NCBI GenBank assembly: GCA_016235455.1
Contig: JACRKZ010000052.1
Location: 1 to 25,172, forward strand
From: Armatimonadota bacterium
Lineage (GTDB): Bacteria > Armatimonadota > UBA10988
Direction of reading: 5' to 3'
Length of the DNA stretch: 25,172 nt
Shown: piece after piece, positions 15,863 through 23,309 of the stretch
Numbering within the stretch: the stretch's first letter is position 1
Layout: each line of letters begins with the position of its first letter
Translations under genes and position numbers: made by a program
The notes under the pieces: model-generated
What the model was told of the DNA's origin: nothing
Databases searched by the model: none
Seen by the model: the letters and a program-made list of their open reading frames with translations, nothing else

Positions 15863-18118
15863 CTAGCGCGTCTGGACATCCCAGATCGAGCGGCCGAAGG
15901 CGGTCAGATCGGCACTCCATTGGCCGATCCAGCGGTCCAGATGGGCCTGTAGCCGCGCCGGCGGCAGCACATCGGCGATGGCTTCCACGCGGTGCAGGGC
16001 CTCGGCGTCGATGCGCGCGTTGCCGGACAGCCGCCTGAGCAGGCCCGCTTCCACGGCTTCGAGCCAGCGCGACTCCGGCCGCGTCAGCGTGGTCCGCAAG
16101 GCAACCAGGGCGGGTCCCAGTCGAGCCGGCGGCAGGGCCATCATGGCGTCGAGCGCGCGGCGCGCCTCGGGCCGACCGGGCCGCTCCTCGATGCGGTCGA
16201 CGGCATAGGCCAGCACCAGCCAGGCCGCCACGGCGCGTTCGTCGCCACCAGACGCGCCGTCTCTGGCGCTGCCCTTGGCGCCACGGCGCAGCGGGTCGAG
16301 CAGCGGGCGCAGGACCACCTCGTCGCCAGGCCGCGCGGCGCTGGCCAGCGCCGCCGCTGTCCAGTGCCAGGTCTCCAGGCTGTCGGCCCACAGCTTCTCG
16401 GCGGCGGCGGCCATGGCCACGACGTTGCGCTCGCCCCAGCCGGCCAGGAAGCGGCTCGGCCAGGTGTTGCTCAGCGCCGCCAGTTGCCGCCGCAGCTCGT
16501 CACGCGCGGGCCCGGCGGGCTGCGCGCTGACGGCCAGCAGCGTCTCGCTCAGTGCCGCGCCGTCGCGCGAGTCGATGGCCGCGGCGACGGCCAGGTTGAG
16601 GATGGCCGCGGCGTTGGCGCCGAGGTCGGGGCGGCGTGTCTCGGTCAGCCAACCGGACACGAACGAGGCCAGCCGCGCGCGCGCCGCGCCGGGGTCGAGC
16701 CGGCGGGCCAGGTCGGCCGCTTCGGTCCACAGCCTGATGGCCTGCGGCGGATCCACCGGCGCCCAGGCCCGGCCCACGGCCTCCAAGGCTGGTGCCAGCG
16801 TGGCCTCGTCGGGCAGCAGACGCACAATGCGCTCGAGATCGCAGCGCAGGTCGGCCAGGCGCGGGTCCGTCTCCTCGCCGAGTGCCTCGCCAATGACCAC
16901 CAACCCCGCCGACACGTGGCCGGGCGACTTCATCGGTGCGAGGATGGCCAGCAGTTCGGAGATGGCCGAGCGCGAGCGCTTGGCCCGGGGCCAGAGGCGT
17001 GCGCGGATCTGGGCCTGCACAATGGCCGGCGACTGGTCGCCCGCGATGCGGCCGCTGACCGGCTCGGCGGTGAGTTCCAGCAGCTTGTCGGCCATGCTCA
17101 GCAGGTCGCCCGAATCGGACAGCGCATAGACCGGCAGCGAGGCGCGGTGGCGTACCGGCGGATCCACATAGACCCACGGCTCCATGCCCAGCGCCGCGCG
17201 CCAGCGCGGCGGCACGTGGTCCACCCAGCTCTCGCCGTCGTCGGCGTAAGTGGAGTCCGGCTCGGCCAGGGGGTTGTCGCCCGAGCGGTAGCCGGCCCAG
17301 CCGTCGCGCAACTGGCGCGCGAACGCCAGGTCGGGCTCGACGGCGCCCGCCAGGCGGTCGCGCTGGCGGCTGGCCTCCTCGCGGTCGCCGGTGACGGCCA
17401 GCAACTCGCGCCACAGCACCAGCTCCACCGTGCGCGGCAGCCCGGCCCGCGCGAGCAGCTGGTACAACTCCGCCACCTGGCCCGGCGCCAACACCTCGGC
17501 ATTGAGGGCCAGCGCGGTGAGGCCGTGAGGTCGCAGCGCGCGGCCAGGCACCCAGGCGTCGTGCTCGGTGCCCATGGCCTGTTCGGCCAGGGTCAGCAAC
17601 TGGTCGGGCTCGATGGCACCCACCCGTAGCGCCTCGGCGCCGGCGCGAATGGCGCCATCGACTTCGCCGATGGAGAGCAGGCTCTCGCTCAGCCCCCACC
17701 ATGAGCCACTGCCGCAGCCTTCGATGCTCAGCAGGCGCAGCCAGTCCGCGCGCGAGCCCTTGCCGGTGCCGCTGTCGCGCAGCACGCGGCGCAGGCGGTC
17801 GGCCTCGGCGCGCAACTGCTCGGGCGCGAAGGACTGGTGGATGCGGCGCAAGCGCTCGGTGACGCGTTCGGCGACCAGGTTGTGCGCGGCGGCCAGTTGC
17901 CGGCGGAGCGACTGCGACTGCTTGCGTCGCCGCGCCGAGCCGCTGCCCAGTTCCGCGCCCCAGAACAGCAGCGGCACGGCCGTCAGCGTGATGCTGCCCC
18001 AGCAGACCGCGCGGTAGCCGGCGGGCACCAGCGGAGCAATGCCCAGCAGCATCGTCGCGGCGAAGATGAGCCAGGCCGCGGCGAAGAGGGCAAAGGGCTG
18101 AGCTTGACGCGACGGCAC
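15863..18118 (-). CDS. Hypothetical membrane-anchored protein (~751 aa): two N-terminal TM helices plus a long Ala/Leu/Arg-rich alpha-helical (TPR/HEAT-like) region
   Basis: GTG 18118 preceded by AGGAG. Hydrophobic segments FALFAAAWLIFAATMLLGIAPLV and AVCWGSITLTAVPLLFWG. Fits between neighbours with 19- and 11-nt gaps. Confidence 0.65.
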   Translation of the reverse strand: MPSRQAQPFALFAAAWLIFAATMLLGIAPLVPAGYRAVCWGSITLTAVPLLFWGAELGSGSARRRKQSQSLRRQLAAAHNLVAERVTERLRRIHQSFAPEQLRAEADRLRRVLRDSGTGKGSRADWLRLLSIEGCGSGSWWGLSESLLSIGEVDGAIRAGAEALRVGAIEPDQLLTLAEQAMGTEHDAWVPGRALRPHGLTALALNAEVLAPGQVAELYQLLARAGLPRTVELVLWRELLAVTGDREEASRQRDRLAGAVEPDLAFARQLRDGWAGYRSGDNPLAEPDSTYADDGESWVDHVPPRWRAALGMEPWVYVDPPVRHRASLPVYALSDSGDLLSMADKLLELTAEPVSGRIAGDQSPAIVQAQIRARLWPRAKRSRSAISELLAILAPMKSPGHVSAGLVVIGEALGEETDPRLADLRCDLERIVRLLPDEATLAPALEAVGRAWAPVDPPQAIRLWTEAADLARRLDPGAARARLASFVSGWLTETRRPDLGANAAAILNLAVAAAIDSRDGAALSETLLAVSAQPAGPARDELRRQLAALSNTWPSRFLAGWGERNVVAMAAAAEKLWADSLETWHWTAAALASAARPGDEVVLRPLLDPLRRGAKGSARDGASGGDERAVAAWLVLAYAVDRIEERPGRPEARRALDAMMALPPARLGPALVALRTTLTRPESRWLEAVEAGLLRRLSGNARIDAEALHRVEAIADVLPPARLQAHLDRWIGQWSADLTAFGRSIWDVQTR

Positions 18119-18137
18119 CGGACTCTCCTGGATCTTG

Positions 18138-19115
18138 TCAGCCGACCCGCAGCATCTGTTCGACGCGCTCGCGCACCAGAGCAAAGCGCTCCTCATCCTC
18201 ACCCAGATGGCAGAGCAGGCGCAGATCCTCGCGTCGCACCTCGCCGCCATGGGCCAGGAAGGCGCGCGTGCGCAGCAGTCGATAGAGCTTGATGACTTTG
18301 CGGTCGCTCACGGCGGCCAGTTCCTCGGCCTCCAGGCCGGCCAGAATGCGCCGGAACAGATCGAACACATCGGGCGGGAACCAGCGCGTCAGGCCGAGAC
18401 CGGCGGCGGCGTCGTTCTCCTGGTAGTCCAGGAAACGCCGCACCGCCACGAAGTCGTCCAACGACGCCACGCCGGCCCACGGTTGTTGGTTGAGCGCCCG
18501 GTACGTCTCATTGGCCAACCCGGCAGTGACCAGCGCCTCGAACCGAGCCGAGCGCACACTGCGGCTTTCGACCTTCAGCACGAACCGGTCGCGCAGGGCG
18601 TCCATCTCCTCGTAGCTGGCCACCGAGTTGGTGGCGCCGAACAACATCACCAGCGGCACTGTCACCGGCTTGCCGTCCTGGTAGTACTTGCGCTCGTTGA
18701 GTACGGTCAACAGCGTGTTGAGGATGGCCGAGTTGGACTTGAAGATCTCATCGAGGAAGACCACGCGCGCCGTAGGGATCTTGCCTTCCACCCGACGGAT
18801 GTAGTTGCCCTCGCGCAACTGGTTGATGTCGATGGGGCCGATGATCTCGCTGGGTTCGGTGAACCGTGTGAGCATGTATTCGAAGTAGTCGCCGTCGGGC
18901 AGCGACAGGGCCTGGACGAACTTCACCACCAGGTCCGACTTGGCCGTGCCCGGTGCGCCGACCAGCAGCAGCGGCTCCTGCGCGGTTGTGCAGAGCACCA
19001 TCAGGTCGATCAGTTCGTCTTTGTCCACGAAGTACCGCTTGAGCACCTCGCCGACGCGGTTGACCCGCTCGCGCGCTCCGTCCACCTGCGATCGCAGCGT
19101 CTCGAATTCGCTCAA
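18138..19115 (-). CDS. MoxR-family (RavA-like) AAA+ ATPase
   Basis: TTG start with GGAGGT RBS. Walker A GAPGTAKS, YFEYMLTRFTEPSEIIGP, Walker B VFLDEIFK, NTLLTVLNER, GATN, arginine finger LRDRF, sensor-2 SDR. Confidence 0.92.
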   Translation of the reverse strand: MSEFETLRSQVDGARERVNRVGEVLKRYFVDKDELIDLMVLCTTAQEPLLLVGAPGTAKSDLVVKFVQALSLPDGDYFEYMLTRFTEPSEIIGPIDINQLREGNYIRRVEGKIPTARVVFLDEIFKSNSAILNTLLTVLNERKYYQDGKPVTVPLVMLFGATNSVASYEEMDALRDRFVLKVESRSVRSARFEALVTAGLANETYRALNQQPWAGVASLDDFVAVRRFLDYQENDAAAGLGLTRWFPPDVFDLFRRILAGLEAEELAAVSDRKVIKLYRLLRTRAFLAHGGEVRREDLRLLCHLGEDEERFALVRERVEQMLRVG

Positions 19116-19134
19116 CCGGGCACCTCCACGGTCA

Positions 19135-20013
19135 CTATGGTACGCGCCAGAACGTGACGAGCCGGCTCACGCGGCGCGACTTCTCGCCCCAGCGCTTGAA
19201 CGCTCGCCAGGCCAGGAAGCCGGGCGGACCCCAGACCACCGCGGGCTCGGCGACCTGTGTCCAGCCCAGCCGCGTGCAGAAGCCGGCCAGCGTGGCCGGC
19301 GTGAATAGCACGCGGTGCCAGATGGTCCAGTGTTTGCTGGTAGCGGCCAGTTGGTCTGGCGGGGCGCTGTGTCGGCGGCTCTCGGCGTCGGGGGTTTCCA
19401 CCATGATCAGCGCGCCCGGTCTGGCCACGCGCTGCATCTCGCTCAAGGCGCGGTAGGTCTGCATGTCATGCTCGATGACGTGCTTGGCATGCACCAGATC
19501 GAAACTGCCGTCGGCGAAGGGCAGGGCGGTCATCAGCGCCACATGCGCGTCCAGCCCCTGCTCTCGGGCCACCTTGACCACCGCCGGGGAAATGTCCACG
19601 CCGGCCGTGCGCCAGCCGCGCTGTGCACCGGCGGCGAGCATCGAGCCGTAGCTGCAGCCGATGTCGAGCAGCGCGCCACGGGCCGGCATCATGGCCTCCA
19701 GCACGCGGCAACGGTGGTGCGCCGTACGCAGCTTGCGGGCCAGATGCTTCTGGTACATGCCGGCGTAGGCGTATTCCTCGTCGGCCACCGCGGCATCGCC
19801 GCCGGTGGGATCCTGGGAGTTCCACAGCCCGCAGCGCGTGCAGTGGTACCAGCCCGGCGAACTGTGGCCATCGTCCTGCCGCAGCCGCGGGTAGGCCTGC
19901 CGGTCGGCACTGCCGCACCACGTGCATCGCTCGGCCGATACCGCCACCAGATCCGCGTCGATGGCCGGCGATTCAGGGTGCACTGGCGCGGGTGGGATGC
20001 GGTCAACGTCCAT
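19135..20013 (-). CDS. Class I SAM-dependent methyltransferase with an N-terminal CxxC..CxxC zinc ribbon
   Basis: CTWC...CTRCG; LLDIGCSYG (motif I); GVDIS; LPFADGSFDLV; HVIEH; RPG. ATG 20013 has a GGAGAG RBS. Confidence 0.85.
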   Translation of the reverse strand: MDVDRIPPAPVHPESPAIDADLVAVSAERCTWCGSADRQAYPRLRQDDGHSSPGWYHCTRCGLWNSQDPTGGDAAVADEEYAYAGMYQKHLARKLRTAHHRCRVLEAMMPARGALLDIGCSYGSMLAAGAQRGWRTAGVDISPAVVKVAREQGLDAHVALMTALPFADGSFDLVHAKHVIEHDMQTYRALSEMQRVARPGALIMVETPDAESRRHSAPPDQLAATSKHWTIWHRVLFTPATLAGFCTRLGWTQVAEPAVVWGPPGFLAWRAFKRWGEKSRRVSRLVTFWRVP

Positions 20014-20038
20014 CGAGCGGGCTCTCCAAGCCTCCATG

Positions 20039-20073
20039 AGTATACCCGATTCGCCTCGGGCTCGTGGTAGAAT
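20039..20073. promoter_or_regulatory. Divergent promoter region: -10 TATACT on the minus strand (methyltransferase/MoxR operon) and extended -10 TGgTAGAAT on the plus strand (galK)
   Basis: AGTATA at 20039-20044 (TATACT on minus); TG-G-TAGAAT at 20065-20073. The -35 boxes are weak. Confidence 0.55.
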
Positions 20074-20106
20074 GCGGGCTCACACAACGGTGGAAGGAAC
20101 GACCCC

Positions 20107-21270
20107 ATGGCCCTTGACCATGCCCTCTTGCGTAACGAATATGCCGCGCGATTTGCCGGCACGCCGCGCCTTTTCCGTGCCCCGGGCCGGGTCAACCTGA
20201 TTGGCGAGCACACCGACTACAACGACGGGTTCGTGCTGCCCTGCGCCATCGACCGCGAGGTCGTTTTCGCCGTCACGCCGCGCGCCGACCGCGTGGTGCG
20301 CCTGGCCGCGCTGGACTTCGACCCGGCCACGGTTGTCGAGTTCGACCTGGACGATGCGGGCTTCGTCCAGAGCCAGCACCACTGGAGCAACTACGTCAAG
20401 GGCATGGTCAGCGTGCTGGAGGCCAACGGCTTTGGCTGCAGCGGCTTCGAGGGCATCATCGCCGGCGACGTGCCCATTGGCGGCGGCGTCTCCTCCTCCT
20501 CGGCCTTCACGGCGGCCGTGGCCACCACGTTGGAGGTCCTCAACGGCCTGACCGTCGACCCCAAGCGCATGGTGGAGTTGATTCTGGACGCCGAGAACGC
20601 CGCCACTGGCTTGCGCGGCGGCATCATGGACCAGTACACGGCCCGTATGGGCAAGGCCGGCTCGGCGCTGCTCATCGACTGCCGCATCAAGGAGCACGAG
20701 ATCGTCTCGCTGCCCGAGATGACCATCGTTGTGGCCGACACGCGCCGCGCGCGCACGCTGGCTGCCACTGCCTACAACGAGCGCCGCGCGCAGTGCGAAC
20801 TGGCCTCGCGGCTAATCGCCACGCGCTACCCGGGCGTGACGGCGCTGCGCGATGTGACCAACGCCATGCTCGACGATTGCCGGGACTTGCTGAGCCGCGA
20901 CGTGTACCGTCGCGCGCGCCACGTGGTCACCGAGACCGAGCGCACGCACGCCAGTGTGGAACTGCTGGCCAAAGGCGACCTGGAGCGCTTCGGCCGATTG
21001 GTGACCCAGTCGCACCAGAGCCTGCGCGACGACTACGAGGTGTCGTGCGAGGAACTGGACGCGCTGTGTGAGATCGCCTGGACCGTGCCCGGCGTCTATG
21101 GTGCGCGCATGGTCGGCGCGGGGTTCGGCGGCTGCATCATCGCTGTCTGCGAGGCCGGTGCCGTGGCGCCGTTGACCAGTGCGCTGATGCGCGAGTATGC
21201 GCGGCGCTGTGGGCGCGAGGCGGATGTCTACGCGACGGTGCCGAGCGACGGCGCGGGCGAGATCCTGTAG
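20107..21270 (+). CDS. galK: Galactokinase (GHMP kinase)
   Basis: PGRVNLIGEHTDYNDGFVLP.AI; HWSNYVKG; P.GGG.SSSSA; GIMDQ; YNERRAQC; SHQSLRDDYEVSC.ELD; GARM.GAGFGG. Confidence 0.93.
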   Translation: MALDHALLRNEYAARFAGTPRLFRAPGRVNLIGEHTDYNDGFVLPCAIDREVVFAVTPRADRVVRLAALDFDPATVVEFDLDDAGFVQSQHHWSNYVKGMVSVLEANGFGCSGFEGIIAGDVPIGGGVSSSSAFTAAVATTLEVLNGLTVDPKRMVELILDAENAATGLRGGIMDQYTARMGKAGSALLIDCRIKEHEIVSLPEMTIVVADTRRARTLAATAYNERRAQCELASRLIATRYPGVTALRDVTNAMLDDCRDLLSRDVYRRARHVVTETERTHASVELLAKGDLERFGRLVTQSHQSLRDDYEVSCEELDALCEIAWTVPGVYGARMVGAGFGGCIIAVCEAGAVAPLTSALMREYARRCGREADVYATVPSDGAGEIL

Positions 21271-21290
21271 ACAGCGTGAAGGTTGGCCGG

Positions 21291-21326
21291 GGAGGCGTGG
21301 ACGCGTATCGTCGCGGACACGCCTCC
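21291..21326. terminator. Hairpin between convergent galK and kdsB; probable terminator
   Basis: GGAGGCGTG (21291-21299) pairs with CACGCCTCC (21318-21326), with an inner CGCG/CGCG pair. No strong U-tract. Confidence 0.55.
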
Positions 21327-21336
21327 GTGGTTTGGG

Positions 21337-22062
21337 CTACTGGGCCAGCAGGGCGCGCACGCGCTCAAGGTCCTCGGGCGTATCGACGCCGACCGCCGCG
21401 TGGGGTGTCTCGGCGCAATAGATGCGGTAGCCATGCTCCAGCGCGCGCAACTGCTCCAGGCTCTCAGCGAGTTGCAGCGGCGTGGGCGGCAGCTTGGCGT
21501 AGGTGAGCAGGAAGTCGCGGCGGTAGACATACAGGCCGATGTGCCGCCACCAGGTGATGTGCTGGTCAGGGTCGCGGCGGAAGGGGATGGGGTGCCGGCT
21601 GAAGTACAGCGCGAACCCCTCCTGGTCGCAGACCACCTTGACGTTGTTGGGGTCAAGGATGGCATCGCGATCGTTCAGCGCCTCGCGGAGCGTACTCATC
21701 GGCAGGTCGGCGCGAGCCACCATCGGCTCCAGGGCGATCTGCACCGATTGTGCCGCGATGAGTGGCTCATCGCCCTGCACATTGACCACCAGATCGCAGT
21801 CGAGCCCCTGGGCGACTTCAGCCAGCCGGTCGGTACCGGTCTGGTGGTCGGCGCGGGTCATGACCACCTTGCCACCGAAGCCGCGCACGGCGTGCGCGAT
21901 GCGCTCGTCATCGGTGGCCACGATCACCTCAGCAATGCCGTGCGCGGCGCTGGTGCGCTCGTAGACATGCTGGATCATCGGCTTCCCGGCGATGTCCAGG
22001 AGGACTTTGCCGGGAAGCCTGGTTGCGGCGAACCGCGCCGGAATGACGGCGACGGCTCTCAT
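21337..22062 (-). CDS. kdsB: 3-deoxy-manno-octulosonate cytidylyltransferase (CMP-KDO synthetase)
   Basis: True start is ATG 22062: MRAVAVIPARFAATRLPGK.L.DI.GKPMIQHVYE. Also VATDD.RI, GTDRLAE, VNVQGDEP, ALYFSR.PIP, HIGLY.Y, LEQLRALE.G, VDTPEDL. Confidence 0.95.
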   Translation of the reverse strand: MRAVAVIPARFAATRLPGKVLLDIAGKPMIQHVYERTSAAHGIAEVIVATDDERIAHAVRGFGGKVVMTRADHQTGTDRLAEVAQGLDCDLVVNVQGDEPLIAAQSVQIALEPMVARADLPMSTLREALNDRDAILDPNNVKVVCDQEGFALYFSRHPIPFRRDPDQHITWWRHIGLYVYRRDFLLTYAKLPPTPLQLAESLEQLRALEHGYRIYCAETPHAAVGVDTPEDLERVRALLAQ

Positions 22063-23267
22063 CAGTAGCGACGCTTGCCCTTGTTGCCGCCGCCGCCCTT
22101 CTTCTTGGTGCCGGTGCCGGCAGCTTCGCCGGACTCGGCCTCGACCGTGGCGGCCGGCTTGGGCGCGGCGGGCTTGGCCGTCGCGGCCGCGGGCTTGGCG
22201 GCGGAGGCCGCCGTGGGCCGAGGACGCTGCTGCTGTCGCGCCGCGGGCAGCGGCTCGGTCAGCGCGCGCTTGGCCAGGGAGCGGCGGTTGAACAGGATCA
22301 GCAACGGCGAAGCGTTGAAGATGGAGCTGTAGCCGCCGGAAGCCATACCCACGAACATGGCGAAGGCGAAGTGGCGCACGCTGACGCCACCGAACAGGTA
22401 GAGGCAGAGCAACGGGGTGATGGCCGTGCCCACCGTGACCACCGAACGGGTCATGGTCTGCCACAAGCTGAGCTCGACGACGTCCTCAAGGTGACGGATG
22501 TCACGGCGCTGCAGCGGATCGAGCTTGCGCAGGTTCTCGCGGATACGGTCGAAGATGATGACCGTGTCCTGCACGCTGAAGCCCACCACGGTCAACACCG
22601 ACGCGATGAACGTCGTGTCGATGTCGTGGCCGGTGAAGGCATAGCAGCAGAGCATGACCAGCACGTCGTGGACCAGCGAGATCAACGCGCAGACGCCGAA
22701 CAGGTAGCCGCCGCCGAGGCCGCCGATGTTGTAGCGGATCCACACGTAGAACATGATCAGGACGCAGCCGAGCAGAATGGCCGTGATGGCCTGGCTGCGC
22801 AGGTACTTGCCGATAACCGGCCCGACCAGTTCCTGCTGCTGCAACTCAACCTTGCCGCTGGTGCCCTGCTGCAGGATGCCCAGGATCTTCTGGGCCTCCT
22901 CGCTGGCCTTGCGGCTGGCGCCCGAGACATCGCTGCCGTCGGAGCCGGTGCGGGTGCGGATCTGCACCTGGTTGCCCTGCGGGAAGACCTGGATGCCGAC
23001 ATTCTTGATGCCGCCGGCCTCAAGCTTGGGGCGGACGGTGGCGATGGCCTTGGTCGGCGTGGCGCCGGGCAGCTTGTCGAAGTGGTACACGTAGGACGCG
23101 CCACCGGTGAAGTCGATGCCGAAGTCCAGGGGCTGGCCCTTGGTGTTGTAGTTGATGCCCATCTTGACGATACCGGCCAGGACAACCAGCACCGAGATGG
23201 TCAACCACTTCGACGTCCACGGGATGATCGGGAACGGATACGGATATTTCTTGGTTTCAGAGCTCAC
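22062..23267 (-). CDS. secF: Protein translocase subunit SecF
   Basis: FGIDFTGG, VGP.IG, SLVHDV, GFSVQDTVIIFDRIRENL, QTMTRS, YSSIF.ASPL; lies directly downstream of secD. Confidence 0.95.
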   Translation of the reverse strand: MSSETKKYPYPFPIIPWTSKWLTISVLVVLAGIVKMGINYNTKGQPLDFGIDFTGGASYVYHFDKLPGATPTKAIATVRPKLEAGGIKNVGIQVFPQGNQVQIRTRTGSDGSDVSGASRKASEEAQKILGILQQGTSGKVELQQQELVGPVIGKYLRSQAITAILLGCVLIMFYVWIRYNIGGLGGGYLFGVCALISLVHDVLVMLCCYAFTGHDIDTTFIASVLTVVGFSVQDTVIIFDRIRENLRKLDPLQRRDIRHLEDVVELSLWQTMTRSVVTVGTAITPLLCLYLFGGVSVRHFAFAMFVGMASGGYSSIFNASPLLILFNRRSLAKRALTEPLPAARQQQRPRPTAASAAKPAAATAKPAAPKPAATVEAESGEAAGTGTKKKGGGGNKGKRRY

Positions 23268-23309
23268 GACGTATCTCCTGCCGGCAATAGGCAGTCATCG
23301 GCACCGACC

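Noticed and set aside
15852-16391. N-terminal 180 aa of the 550-aa M14 ORF
   Set aside because: It overlaps the upstream gene in another frame. M14-like sequence and the RBS begin at ATG 15851.
11918-19157. ORFs 11918-12880 (-), 13189-15072 (-), 15992-17629 (+), 16500-17702 (-), 18135-19157 (+)
   Set aside because: Shadow ORFs of the vWA-like, partner, membrane and MoxR genes, with no independent signals.
22063-22464. Apparent N-terminal fusion on KdsB (375-aa ORF)
   Set aside because: It is an alternative frame of the secF 3' end. KdsB homology starts at ATG 22062.
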